Shown here one piece after another: positions 39,881 to 54,055 of a stretch of DNA of 64,000 bases. The notes beneath the pieces were generated by a model. It made no database searches. It had not been told where the DNA came from and was given only the letters and a program-made list of their open reading frames with translations. The stretch lies in the NCBI RefSeq assembly GCF_009914755.1, contig NC_060930.1; one strand, given 5' to 3'. Position numbers and translations under genes: made by a program. Every line of letters starts with the position of its first letter. Within the stretch, counting starts at the first letter, position 1. Origin of the DNA: the human T2T-CHM13v2.0 reference genome, Homo sapiens.

Positions 39881-42013
39881 GTATTTCATTGGTACGATTT
39901 AATTCTGCACTCAGAAAACATGCAATGGATAGAAAGTAAATAACCAGCACAGTAATATATTTAAGTTGATTATTCAGAATTATAAGAATCAAACTTGTGG
40001 TACTATGAATATTATTCTCATTTAGAACATTTCTAAAGCTTCTAACTAGAATGTTGTATGTATCTTCTATACAGGACATAAAATATTGCTTAAACAAATT
40101 CAAAGTTTAAGACCAACAAAACAACAGTTACTTCTCATTTAAAAAATTAAGACTAGTTCTATTTTATTTATTCAACTATAATGTGGGTTAAATCATAGTT
40201 CTCACTGAAAGATTATATATTTTATGTCTCACATTTTCAACTTTATACGTTTTAAAACTTGCAATATAACTCATATAATATAAAATACACTATTATAAGT
40301 ATACAATTCAGTGTTTTTAAAATTATATTCACAAGGTTTTGTAATCACCACTAACTCCAGAACATTTTCATCACCTCAAAAATTTATTTCTTAAGCTTTA
40401 AAAAAAGCCCTATATAAATATATTTACAATATCATCTACTAAAAGCTTTAAATCCTAAAGCAAAACTTTCAGATATAGCTAAAAACTCAGGAAACTAATA
40501 TTGTAAGTTTTGTACTTTTCTTCATTTCTAGCACAACAAAATCAAAAGAACTTTATTGAAATGATATTACAAATATCAACAACTCTTTAGAATGCTTTAA
40601 ATCACAAATTTAAACTTATTTAAACAGATTTCTATGATTTATTATATAGGGTTACAAAAGATTCATTTTAAATACCCCGCCCAAACTCAGTTCGCTGAAA
40701 TGGAATATTTTCTAAAAGTAAAGTATTCTTAAAGGTAGGTTCTTTGCTTTCAAGTTCTTATATTCTTCTAAGTTAACATTTTAAAAATATTTATATTATT
40801 AGAAAATAATCCCAAGCATCTATCTGTTCATGAGTTCATTAAACTTATAATTAATGGACACTGTCAAAGCTGTGCAAGTACTTTCCAGGAAAGTAAGGAG
40901 CTATCTGGAAGTTTCTCAGGTTTTTTTTCAAAAAGGAAGATAAGCACTTACAAGTTTAGTCTATTACTTTTCCAGTGAAACAAATAGGTCTCCTGTGGCA
41001 CTAAAAACCAATAACGACAACAACAAAAACCACATACATAACTTTCTAAAACAATAAGTATACCATAAAGATTTCTAGAAAATTCTACACCGAATTAGTA
41101 GGACTTACTTAAACTACTGATGGTGATTGTGAAATAAATATGATGCTACCTACTGTCATAATCTGTTTTATTTCTTTACAACATCTACATGATGGTTACG
41201 CCCTCCTCAAATCACTAAATTCAAAATTATTTCCAAATAAGAGCAGTTTTATTAAGATCTTACAACAACATTATATCTCTATTAAAGAGTGTAGATATTG
41301 ATGTACACTGATCTATTTCTTTTGCCAAATTTCTAAGTACTTCTACTTTTATCTCCCAAGATAATAATCATCAGTATTTGAATATTTTAAAAAATTTCTG
41401 ATGTAAATTCACAAAAGTAAAAAATTAGGGGACTCTTTCAAAATCTGAAACACTGTTTCCTCTCAGAACTTCTAGTGCTGAATTACAATGGAATATGAAT
41501 TTAAAATGTCAATAAATCCAAAGTAGCCTAAATTTAATTTCACAGTCCCCATTTCTATGAAAGAAAGCCCACATTTCAAGTCTCATCATTTTTTCCTCAT
41601 CTTTCTTAGGAGCCAACTGTGTCACATGATCTAGGTAGGAACAGCGCACAGGTACAACACTCCAGACTGGACAGTTAAACAGAAGCCTCCTCTTTGTGTC
41701 TGTATTTGGTGTAAGTATGAAGTTGAAGATAAAGCTCTATCACCATTAAAACAAACAAGGAAGTTTTTTTTTTTTAACGGAACAAGAGTATATTTTCTAA
41801 CCTTCCATGAAACCAAATGAGACAATCATGCTTATAACAATAATTTTAAGTCATTCTGATTATTTTGGAGGTTTTTCTTTACACTTCAAGGCACAATAAT
41901 TTAATAATTTACACTGTGTTATATTACCACCACCCATACAGGCTTATTTTGTGGGGGAAGGTTTGTGTCTAAAAAGTGTCTAGAATTCTAAAACATACTG
42001 ACACACTAACCTT

Positions 42014-42485
42014 TGTGGCACTGTTCACAATAGCAAAGACTTGGAACCAACCCAAATGTCCAACAATGATAGACTGGATTAAGAAAATGTGGCACATATA
42101 CACCATGGAATACTATGCAGCCATAAAAAATGATGAGTTCATGTCCTTTGTAGGGACATGGATGAAATTGGAAATCATCATTCTCAGTAAACTATCGCAA
42201 GAACAAAAACCCAAACACTGCATATTCTCACTCATAGGTGGGAACTGAACAATGAGAACACATGGACACAGGAAGGGGAACATCACACTCTGGGGACTGT
42301 TGTGGGGTCAGGGGAGGGGGGACAGATAGCATTAGGAGATACACCTAATGCTAAATGACGAGTTAATGGGTGCAGGACACCAGCATGGCACATGTATACA
42401 TATGTAACTAACCTGCACATTGTGCACATGTACCCTAAAACTTAAAGTATAATAATAATAAAATTAAAAAAAGAAAGAAATAAAG
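42014..42485 (+). mobile_element. 5'-truncated primate L1PA (about L1PA3-4) 3' end
   Basis: ORF 41976..42248 ...WIKKMWHIYTMEYYAAIKNDEFMSFVGTWMKLE...LIGGN, L1 3' UTR and A-rich tail. Confidence 0.93.
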
Positions 42486-42667
42486 AATGGGTTCTGACTT
42501 TAAAATTTTAATCAATAAATGGTGTGTTTCTAACATGTATACACAGTGATTTCTGCCATAAACTATATCTTTAAAGCCTTCTCCCACGATTTATGTATCG
42601 CCAGGGCCCATATAACATGGTCAGTTTGTTATTCTGAGGCTAAAGCTGTAGGAAATACTTTGCTTAC

Positions 42668-42796
42668 CATATGGACATTAAGCTGCTCCTTGGCTGTTTC
42701 CGGTAAACCTCCCAGCGGTTTAGATGCCAACAGATGACGCTCCGTGTCAGTCAGCCACTGCTGCAAATCCTCAATTTCGCCATGGAACCCTTTGGC
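42668..42796 (-). CDS. DST: DST coding exon ([14 protein letters not shown]...NVHM), 129 nt
   Basis: ttcag acceptor, gtaagc donor. Confidence 0.94.
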
Positions 42797-43144
42797 CTGA
42801 AGTAATAGGCAGTTTTAAGTTGGGGCCATAAACACTGTCAGTTTCAAGCAGGAAATAAGCTTCAAACAATCCCAGCCTGCTAAGCCTCTCTATGCATTCT
42901 TAAGAACAGCCAGGTACCATTAGATTTGCCTTTCTTCATCAGGAGAGCTCTAGTAGATAAGAGTATTATGCTAAGAACTAGAAAGCTGTGTTCTCTTCTG
43001 CTGTTCTGTTCTTTATTTCACTTATTTTTACTCCTCTCCTTAAGGTATAAAAATTAAACAGGAGTCTGTGAACTAATAAAAGAATTCCATGCTATTTTGG
43101 TCTTGAATGCTATAAAAACTTTCAGAATTTATTCTCTTACTCAC

Positions 43145-43342
43145 CTGGCGCAAGGCACCATCCAGCTGCTGCTTCCTTTGTTCTGTTTTTTCCAAAACAT
43201 TTTGCCAGCGTTGATTTAAAACCTCTAGCTTGTTCTGAAGGTTGCTTGCTTCTTCTCCTGCACTTGATTCAATTAGATCATTTCCTGCTTTATTAACGGC
43301 TTCCACTGTGGACTGATGGGCTAATACATCATTTTGGAGCAC
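43145..43342 (-). CDS. DST: DST coding exon ([10 protein letters not shown]...GALRQ), 198 nt
   Basis: Overlaps ORF 43073..43396; gtgagt donor. Confidence 0.95.
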
Positions 43343-43467
43343 CTGAAAATATAAAGATAACACCATGTTTGCTAGTTTGTAACATGTTAATATCATCTTT
43401 AATGCAATTGTTTTCCTTTCTGGTTATGAAACATCCTCAAACAAAAACGTTATATGTGTAGAATTTT

Positions 43468-43682
43468 AATTTTTTTTAAAGAGATGGGGTCTTACTCTGT
43501 GGCCCAGGCTGCAGTGTAGTGGTTCTATTAGAGCTCACTGCAACCTCAACACCTGGGCTCAAGCAATCGTCCCATTTCAGCCTCTCAAATAGCTGGGACT
43601 ACAGGCACACACTGCCATGGTTGGCTAATTTTGTTTTATTTTTTATACAGATGTAGTCTCACTATGTTGCCCAGGCTGGCTA
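43468..43682 (-). mobile_element. Partial AluJ-like element
   Basis: T-tail, right arm, linker and part of the left arm in reverse orientation. Confidence 0.88.
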
Positions 43683-46368
43683 ATATTAAGTTTTTAAATG
43701 ATGAACTTCTTTTCCCCTAAATTTGCAACCTTCCTGGATGTACCTTTACTCTATCAATGTCCCCTGAAATGACTGTGTGAGAACAGTTTGCTAGTTATTC
43801 CCACTGGAATGACCTTGCAATTGATGACACTAAATATCTAGAGATTATAATTAAAAGGTTCTAAAATTTCTCACTTGGTTCAAGCCAATTTTAGTTTAAT
43901 TCTCATGTCAAGTAACCAAAATATATATTTTACTCCTATATATTCATTTTCAAATATAAAATTATCATGTCTAAGGTATACAGTACCATATTTTACAATC
44001 AGCATTCTGAAAGAGAAAAAAAATTCCAGAATATTCCTTTATCTTCTCTCATACGAGGGGTCCTGGAATTGACTGCTAAGTTGAAATATTGGAAGGCCCT
44101 AAAACTAACACTCTATGTCAGAGATACTTAAACCCAGTATTCCAAAATTCAGTTGTTCTTCAAGTAGAAAACATATATAATAAAAAGCTTACTACAGAAC
44201 CCAGCAAATAATGCCTTCCTTTTATACAGTGGAAATATATGAATAGGTTAATAACGCTTAAATGCACTAAAATGGGGTAAGTGCAGAAAGCAACCCTAAG
44301 GTTTAAAAATATCAATTTCTTTTACTGAATGAGTATAGCCTTAGTAATATTAATAGTTTCCTTTCAAGGAGGCTATGCTTACATTTTTGGAAAGCAGAAG
44401 AAACCTCCCTCTAATGTTGGTAAAAGTTGATCCTACTCTTTACTCATTGACTCAGTGTTGGCAATAGTAAAGAAAAAGAACATTATCTCCCATCCTATGT
44501 AACACATCACACATCTGGAAAGAAATTCAGACCAGGGTGGATTTTCAGTGAAGATCAGTAACCCTCTGACATCACTGTTTCTCTGACTGTTTTCACTCAT
44601 ATTCTGAGGCATCTGGTTAGGGAGTGTTTTTAAAAGCCAACAAAACCAACTGAGTAAGAAGTTATCTTTATAGAAAGCACTCACTTTGGTATGTTAAGAG
44701 TAGGATCACTCTCAGAATCAAAAAGTTAAATGTTTTCATGGCCAAAATATAAAAGAGAGTTCTATAAAATTCATTCTTCTGAATGGTCTGAGTCCTGCTA
44801 CAAAGTCAGAGCTTAGGAGTAGGAGAAGAAAGCAGGAAAGGAACGGAAACATTCGCCCCTTCCTCCAGCAATTCTGCTGGGAATTTTATGTCCTCTAATT
44901 TTGATCTTTGAGGAATGGAAAGAAAAGAGAGAAGAGAAAAGGGGCCATTTCAAAGTACTTAAAATTAGACAAACAGAAGTAAGAGGTCTTTACCTATCCC
45001 CCACCAAAATAACTGGATCAGGGTGCCTCATTTTTCCACCTCTACCATATTATACAAAGTTCCTATCCTGATGTATGTTACCTTTAAGACAGTTGATAGG
45101 TTTATAAAAATGTAAATGCAGCTATAAACTCACACCATGAGAATAAACATATTTTGTTGCTAGGCAGTTGGTCTCACCAGTCATTAGGGCTTTAAGCAAA
45201 TGTATAATGTAGACATTAAATAATGAAACAAGCTTCTATGTCAACATTAAGTGTGCAAAATAAATCCAAATTGTTTAATCAAATGTGGCTGGGCAATGAC
45301 TATCAATGTAGATAGACAAGGTAATAGAAAAATAAAATTTTAAACTAGGAAACAATTACTGTGGGGAACTATGAAAGAAGAAGAACAAAAGCAAGAATAG
45401 TCAAAAACTGTACAGCATACAGTGCTAAAAACCTACCTTTTTAAAAAATGTGAATCAATATGTAAAATAATCAAACATTTCCTATTTGATAATTAAGGAA
45501 AATTTATTTTAGTTTAGGATTTAGGACTCTGAAGATATCACTATTAATGTGAATGTCAAAGTCTATGAAAGATTGTTGAATGCCAGGATAAACTCTACTG
45601 TGCATAATCTTTTATCCATTAAGTCTAGTGACTGAAGGGATAGGGAATGATCTATTAAGAAGTGTCACAAAGGTGACAACAATATAAGATTGCTTTGCAT
45701 ATATCTCTTAAGACAAAATTTTTTCAACTTACTAGCTTTAAATCAAGTGCAGGACATATAACAACTTTTTAAAACGTAATAAATACTTTAAAAAATCCAG
45801 AAAGGAGTAAGACACAAAAATCCAGTCAAAGACAAGAGTGACATGGAGACAAAGGGATAAGCCCCAACATAAGAAGAGATGTACAGACAGATAAAAATAT
45901 GTCAGAAATGACAAACAAGCTGCAAATGAAAGAGACATGGAAATATGGATGACCAGAGTGAAAATATACATAAAACCTGCAGTAGGACATTTTCAGCCTA
46001 TGATTTTTTAGGCTATCCCTAACAACTTTAAAAAATAGGTGACATTATCACAATGACAGGTATAATTAAGGATTTAAATCTTTAGTGTTTGCCATGCAGC
46101 TCTAATAAACTTTAGTACAAATTGCTCATCCTTGTTTTGTTTGATAAAAATTGCCTTGAATGAGAAAAATATTTTGACCATAATCTTTTAAGAAAAACAT
46201 TTTGACTATAATGTTTTAAGTAGTTAACCTTTAGTTATAAATGTCAAATATGAACTTGTGTCAAAATCATAAACTTGAAACACGCATAAAGAAGAAATAT
46301 ATCCGAGAAATCTGATGACACTAGAAATGGACAGAGAAGAAACATAACATGCATTAACAGCTACGTAC

Positions 46369-46524
46369 ATGATGCTTGGCAAGTTCAATTTCAATGGCTT
46401 TAGGGTCTCCTCCAACAGGTTTCTGCTCACTTAGCAAGCCCTCGGTGTGTGTCAGCCATGCCAGGAGCTCATCCAGGGCATGTTGGAACTGACCCAAGGC
46501 TAATAGAGCACCCTCCAGTTTATG
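46369..46524 (-). CDS. DST: DST coding exon ([13 protein letters not shown]...LAKHH), 156 nt
   Basis: ctgtag acceptor, gtacgt donor. Confidence 0.93.
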
Positions 46525-46808
46525 CTACAGAAAAAGTGGAAAGAAAATCCATTTATAAATTTGATATTATGAATGACATGTCTATAAAACAAGGACAAAA
46601 ATAATTGTTTCATGTTGTATAAGTCCATAAACGTATCCAGTGAAGCCTAATCATCATATCCTTCTATGTTTTAAGTTTGACGCTCCTCATGGTTAAAATA
46701 GAATATATGAGAAGCAGAAATAATTCTAATTTTATCTTTAATAATTATTTTACATTAATATCTGAAATTGAAAATTTATAATTTCTTAAGAAAAGTCTTG
46801 GTATTTAC

Positions 46809-46982
46809 CTGTCTGTTGATGATTCTCTCCTCCAGGCTATCCCATATCAATTTCAGTTCCATTAATGGGTCTTGAACAGTGTGTTTGTCACTCTCTTCTG
46901 TTACTTTCTTTAGCAAAAGCTCTGCTTGATGATTCAGTCTTTCCATTTCTATCTGCTGTTGATAGGCCTCAGACTTAAATTG
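46809..46982 (-). CDS. DST: DST coding exon ([10 protein letters not shown]...INRQ), 174 nt
   Basis: tag acceptor, gtaaat donor. Confidence 0.93.
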
Positions 46983-48451
46983 CTATTTTAAAAGAGATAT
47001 ACAAAGAAAATATTGTTAAAAATCACTAACTCCAAACAAAGAAATCTATTGGTTATATCATTATTCTAATTCACACTACTTACTGAGGGGAGGTGACGCA
47101 AAGTAAAAATCTCACATGAGGCTTACCAATGGAAGAATTATAGGCAAAAAAAATAAGGAAAATATTTTCTCTTTATTCAATATTTTTGGATGGATAGATG
47201 TTTCTATTTATAATTTTGACATTTCATTTCATTTTGTTCTCTACAATAAAAAAATAAATTTCAAGGCTGAACTTATTCCAATATATGCATTTGAAAAATG
47301 AGTTTTAAAATTATACAAAAGAAAATGAAACATATGTTGACACATATGAAAGCCAAAAAAGTCTTAAGAAACTCAAATTAGTATTTCCTGCTCTGAAACA
47401 CACACACATCTTGTATCCCCTGATAATTTTATGTTTTCTGTAGCTGTGCTGTGTTCATTAATATTCCTATGCCTCACCCACTGCTGACACAGAATGCTAT
47501 TCTCTCTCCTTCTACTTTCTAAGTCACTGACATAGTTAATCATCTTGGCTTTGCCAACCAACAGGTTAGCAAACAGTTGCTTGTAATAGGTAACTGTCCT
47601 TTCATAAAATATTTATTTTAATATGTAACAGTACAAAATTCATGGCTAGAAGTCCCTTAACTTTGTTCAAAAATACATGAATAATAATTTGAAAATAATA
47701 ACAAAGGTATAGTAAGCACTTGGTATGTTCAAGTTACTTTCAACCCACTTATTGGGGAAATAATTTTATCCTTAATGTAAGCTAAAGACATAGGAGTAAA
47801 ACCAGTTAGTAAGACCAGTAAGACCACTGAGGCCATATGCCCTAAGTGGGTGAACCTGGACCTAAACTCAGATAACCTGATTTCAGAGTGAGCACTTCTA
47901 ACCAGGCTGCTATATAAAAATCACTGACCTATACGAAAATAACCAAAATAAATTATCCACACCCATAATTGTACATAAAGTATATCATATGTTTGCCACA
48001 TGAACAAATTAAAGTTAAACAAAATTTCAATTTAGTGGTAAGGATAAAATTCTCAAAAAGAAAATTTGTTTCTAAATGAAATATTCTATGTCACACTTAG
48101 ATATGAAAATGCTACAATTTTAAAGCCAGATAATATTTTCACATAAAATCTAGCAAAGTTCATTGCAAACAGTGTGATGTCTCTGCATATGGAGAGTTAA
48201 AATTGGGAAGGAAATAGCTGATCCCATTTTGATAAATGATTATTGGTATAGAGGAATTCAAAGAGGAAACAGTTCAGCCACTTTCACATCTGCAGATCAA
48301 GAATTACAAAAGCAAAAACTACAGAGAACAGCAATGGAAAACAACAAACATTTACAAAACAAACCTTTTGGGAAACATTCTTATATCATGGATGTGTTTT
48401 TAACCTGTTGAGACTAAATTAATTACTCAGAACATTCTAAAGAAAATAAAA

Positions 48452-48740
48452 ATGTTGGGTTAATGGGTATAAAAAAATAGAAAGAATGAATAAGACCCTG
48501 TATTTGCTAGCACACCAAGGTCACTATAGTCAAAAATAATTTTTGTACAATTAAAAATAACTAAAAGAGTATAATTGGATTATTTGCAACACAAAGGATA
48601 AATGCTTGAGGTGATGGGTACCTCCATTTTCCCTGATGTAGTTATTATATATTTCATGCCTGTATCAAAATATGTCATGTAACCCATAGATATATACCCC
48701 TACAATGTACCCACGAAAATTAAAAATTAAAATTAAAAAT
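48452..48740 (+). mobile_element. L1MA-like 3' UTR fragment
   Basis: gggttaatgggta...aaaggataaatgcttgaggtgatgg...atgtaccca...aaaattaaa. Confidence 0.8.
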
Positions 48741-48879
48741 ATCAGGAAAAGAAAAATGATGCTGTAGTGTATTGACAACATACTAGTGTAGTGACAACAA
48801 TATACTACTGAATAAACAAGTTAAACAAGTTATAAAAATCCTTACACTATTATCTAAATACATCTCTCTCTCTACCTAT

Positions 48880-48884
<5 letters not shown>

Positions 48885-48927
<43 letters not shown>
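48885..48927 (+). repeat. (CA)n microsatellite
   Basis: About 21 units. Confidence 0.95.
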
Positions 48928-48929
<2 letters not shown>

Positions 48930-49295
48930 CATGTCCCTAACATGAAGATATCAGAAAGGCTATAAATCAAATCTAAGAAAGGTGATCTCTAGGTATATAA
49001 CATTTTGGGTGACTTGAAATAATTTGTTTTTCTCCTTTTTATTTGCATTTTCTGATTTTTCTATACGAACAGTTATTAATTGACTATAAAAAGAAAACTA
49101 TTAATAGTATTTCTTTCCTTTATTTAAAGAACACTTATATATTGCTTAGCATGTGAAAGCACTATGTACATTAAACTAGCTTTATAATTAAGCTGTCATA
49201 CTTACATTAGGTAAAATAAATTTATGTACAAAATTATGTGAATCAAGGACTTAAAACTGCAAGGGAGTCTTCGATAAATTAGCCCCCACACATAC

Positions 49296-49397
49296 CTTTA
49301 GCTCTTCAATCTGCTGCTTGACAGTTTCGAGATCTGTTCCAATTGGAGACATTGAAGCTAATTTACCACCTGCAATATCTACCCAGTCAAATACCGC
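49296..49397 (-). CDS. DST: DST coding exon ([10 protein letters not shown]...EELK), 102 nt
   Basis: tttcag acceptor, gtatgt donor. Confidence 0.93.
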
Positions 49398-50021
49398 CTG
49401 AAAGACACATTCGCCCACGTGTTGTTACAACAGTACATTTGAAATTGCTACAGTATTTCAAGTACTACAGAAAAATACAATCATAAATCTAAAAGATATT
49501 ATAGAATTAGACTATTTTATAAAAAATTAACATGGTTCACCTAAATTAGTAAAAGCAGTAATATACCAAAATGGTTGTCCCAAATATGAAATAGATACAT
49601 ACAAGTTTGCAAAAGAAATTGTTTATTCAATAGATTCTTGATATATTATGAACTTCTAAAAAAATCATTTGAAAACATTTATAGAATCCAATCACATGGA
49701 ATTCTTCATTACATGTGCTTAAAAGGCAGCTTGTATAAATATACTGAAAGGAAAAGATTCAAATCTATTTGTTCATTCAAATAAGCAAGAAATTACTGTT
49801 TAGAACTTAGGCAAAATATTTGACTCAAACCCTTACATATTATTTAGATTAGCATTAAGATCCTGCACATATAAATTATTAGCATTAAGACCATTATTCT
49901 GAATTATAACAGGTTTCAGACTCTCCTGCATTTCTTATTTATTTAGGTAATAAAAATAGTCTAAAAAGGCTCAAGTCACATTTTTTTTAGGTACTGAATA
50001 CAAAATAAAATCATTTTGCCA

Positions 50022-50296
50022 TTACTCTGTCACCCAAGCTGGAGTGCAGTGGCACAATCAAATAGCTCACTGTAACCTCAAACTCCTGGGCTCAAGCAAT
50101 CCTCCTACCTCAGCCTTCCAAGTAGCTCAGACTATAGGCACATGCCACCATGGCTGGCTAATAAAAAAAGAAAAAAAAATTGTAGATGGGGTACTTCAGC
50201 TCTTGTTTTGACAGGATCTTGCTATGTTTCCCAGGCTGATCTTGAACTCCTGGCCTCAAGTGATCCTCCCACCTCAGCCTCCCAAAGCACGGGGAT
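50022..50296 (-). mobile_element. Degenerate AluJ-like element
   Basis: Reverse Alu right and left arms with a rearranged linker. Confidence 0.85.
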
Positions 50297-51742
50297 ATTT
50301 TGCACTTTAATGAAGTTTACAAACCATATAGTAGGGCGATAAATCTTGGATTTTTAAGTTATCATTAGCCAACCCTGACTAAGTACTTAAGCAGCAACCT
50401 GGGAAATAAAACGTATTTTACTTTACAATCAAATCTTGAAAATTAGCATCCAGAGCTTTGACATCTAGCTACAGCTAGCTGTACTGTAGCTACTTAATAA
50501 ATCAATCTGCCCTTTGCTAGCACAGGTGATGCTACTAATACATGATCAACAGGACTTATGACAGGCCTTACTTTTCTGGTAGTGATAAAGAGACTATACA
50601 AGCCATGGTGGCTTGCGTGTGACCTCCTAAATGGCTGCATGTGGTGGCATTGCCACCTCTAGCCATGGAAGAGATTACAACTCAATGATTTAACAATGAC
50701 CTAGCCTCACAGACTGGAGCCCGAATTAGTTACTTGTCATTGATACCTAATAGAGTAAATTATCACTTAGGTTACAAAAGAAAAAAAAAAAAAAGAAGAG
50801 GGAGGGAGAATATAATAAAGTGTTATTTGTAGTAAAATCTTTCATATATTTCCAAAGTTCAAAAAACTTCTCAGCTGGCATAAAGCCTAGCTGTGACATT
50901 TATTTTTACAAATATAGAAATGGAATGGCATAATAAAAAAGGAAAAGATGTTCTCATCTGGGCTTTAAAAATAATATTCACTTAGTGTTATGGAAATACT
51001 TAAGCTTTTTCCATATGGTAAGAAGGATGAAAGATTAAACTCCTGCCAGTCTGTTAGGAAATGGAGCAAGGTTAAGGGAGGTAGGGAGAGAAATATACCC
51101 GAGTTGGCCTCAACTGACAAGATAATTTTTAATATTAAAAAAAAACCTTATAAATGGTTAATGAACTGAATGAAAACCCTTAAGTGAAAAACAACTATTA
51201 AAAGAAATTATATACATGGAAAAGAAGAAAACACTTTTTACACACCAGATTATGACCTAATAGAAATCTATTTTTGTACATGGAGAACACTGGCTTCAAA
51301 TCAAATTTCTTTACTTCTGACTTTAGTTAAACTTGGTGATATTTTTAGATAGTGTTTACTCCTTTCATCTTATTCCACTCAGAACAGAATTCACATTTAG
51401 TTCCATTTCACTGTCTGGTGCTGAGCCATTTATAAAAAACACTGTGTGAGAACATTTACTTTCACTTAAAAAAAATCAAAATATTTCTTTTCAAAGTAAA
51501 TTTCACTGAATGTGTATACAGAAATGTGTTTAGATGTGTATATAAATCTACACATATCTGAAAGGTCAGAAATATCTTCTAAAAGACAAAACATGAAATG
51601 AGATACACAGGCAACTGCAGGAATAATTTGCCCACAATTGCATATGCACTGGCAGATCTTGAGGTGGTGCCAATATGTAGACATCAATTAGTACGATTCC
51701 TCCTTCCAGCTAAGACCAGCACATACACTGTAATCCCCTTAC

Positions 51743-51844
51743 CTGCAGTCCATCCTGGTACTGAACGGCAGCCTGCATTGCCTCCTCAAGTTTGTCAATC
51801 CGGTCTTTCCAAGCTTTATTTAGAGAATCCCATGCTGAATTTAA
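51743..51844 (-). CDS. DST: DST coding exon ([12 protein letters not shown]...DGLQ), 102 nt
   Basis: gtag acceptor, gtaagg donor. Confidence 0.93.
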
Positions 51845-51966
51845 CTACAAGATGTATGTTAGAATTCTTTTAGTGCCATATTTTAAACTTTCAACTACTG
51901 TTAACAAAATATTTTAGTTAACTAAAAACTTTTTAAAAGCCATTCTGATAAGTAAGCCAGTTGTAC

Positions 51967-52089
51967 CTCATCTATACTCTTCTTGACAATGGGTTTATCA
52001 GGCTCCCCACATGCCGCAATGAGTTCAGAACCTAGGTTAATAACTATATCCAGCTCCTCCTGTAGTCCATCTATTTCTTCCCTTATGGT
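51967..52089 (-). CDS. DST: DST coding exon ([13 protein letters not shown]...SIDE), 123 nt
   Basis: ttctag acceptor, gtacaa donor, in frame. Confidence 0.93.
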
Positions 52090-52609
52090 CTAGAATAAGA
52101 AAATGACAGCCTTAGAATTTTAAGCAAAACCACATCAAAACTTTAAAAAGTACACAACAATATCAATGGTAGTTATTTCTAGAAGGTGGCATTCTAATCG
52201 TTTTTCTGTTTTCTAAGTTTCTGCAATAAATTTTTTCAACAAGAAATATTTTAAAAGAAAAACAGCACCCTTTTAGTAACAAATGTCAAATGTTTATTAT
52301 AAAGATATTTAAGAAATGATAAATAAGAAATACCTTAACAAATACCAAAACAAATTTTTAAAAATATCAACAATACTGTAAGGCTTAGAAAGACATTTTG
52401 GTTTCCAAACCAATATACATTTAACATAGACAAGTAAAATATAAATCCAAAAACAATACAAATTAATATATTTGTTAGTAGATTTAGAATAATCTAGCTT
52501 TGGATTTACATTTTATGTCATTACCCTAGGCAGGACCAGGTAGGACCTGTAAGGTACAAAGATACCACAACAGAAAGGCAGTATCCTACTTTTGCTTTCA
52601 TCTTCTTGG

Positions 52610-53290
52610 TTAAATACATTCATTCATTCAACAAACACTGAATAACCATAAACCAAGCCCTAAACCAGGCACTGGGGATACAAAGAAAAATAGATATGGC
52701 TATTCCCCTCAAGGGGCCCACACTACAGCAGGAAAGACAGAGGCATAAGCAACAGTAAACCATACTATGTGCAGAGTCCTTTGCATGAATAAAGTATTAC
52801 GGGAACACAGATGCACTAACTCTGCTAAGTATACAAGAAAAGGTTTTACATGGGGGTAATGATCCAACTGAACCCTGAGTGGACTTTGCCAGTAGAGTGG
52901 CAGGAAGGACATTCTAGAGTGAGGAAATAAGATGCGCAAAGGCACTGACGCTAGAAAGAGCAAAACAGTTTGTTTTGGGAAACGCCCTTTCTAATCAGTA
53001 GCAGGGAGGGAGTTTGGTAAAGGAGCAAGAGAAAAACATAACTTTGGAAACATAGGCATGAGCTAGGCTGGCATGCAAAAAGCTGCATGCCCTGCTCTAG
53101 GGAGTTTGGGCTTGATCCAGATGGCAGGGGATGCCTCTGACGGGGTTTAGGCAGCAACACAGTAAGAGCAGATCTAGAGAGAAGACTGGCAGCAAGGTCA
53201 GAGGCCTAGCAAGGAAAAGACAGTCTGCACTTTGGATTACTTTGGAAGCCAAAAAGAAAGAGAGAGATAATAAGGCCCTGAAATAAGGCA
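52610..53290 (-). mobile_element. LINE-2 fragment
   Basis: cattcattcaacaaa (reverse L2 tail) followed by typical L2 3' sequence. Confidence 0.65.
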
Positions 53291-53313
53291 AAAACAGTGA
53301 GGATAAAGAGAAA

Positions 53314-53664
<351 letters not shown>

Positions 53665-53828
53665 TGAAATTTGTGGGTATACTCTATCTCCTACTGTATC
53701 ACTGCACATTCCATTTTCAGAACCAAATATAAATGTTAACAGAGTAACTCCTAACATTTACCCAAGGAATCTGGATTTCATTATGCCACAACTTATTTTT
53801 CTAACTTTAAATGAGATTTTCTGCTTAC

Positions 53829-54055
53829 CTCTGCTGCTTCTTGCTGTTGTTTTACTACTGAAGGATCAATTCCAGGATCTTCCAGGTCCCGGATGAAATC
53901 TTGAGTATCTTTAATGGTAACTATCAATGACATGTGATCACACCAGAACTTTTCTGCTAGCTCCATCACATCCAGTAGTTTGGCTTCCCTCTCTTCCACC
54001 AGTGTGTGTATGTTCTCCCAAATGAAAACCATTTGGTCAAGCTTATCCTGAACAG
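53829..54055 (-). CDS. DST: DST coding exon (AVQDKLDQM...QEAAE), 227 nt
   Basis: Overlaps ORF 53793..54080; phase 1/0; gtaagc donor. Confidence 0.95.

Noticed and set aside
50640-50668. CTCF-like sequence with a GGTGGCA-T-TGCCACC palindrome
   Set aside because: The 5' half of the CTCF core matches poorly; cannot be supported without ChIP data
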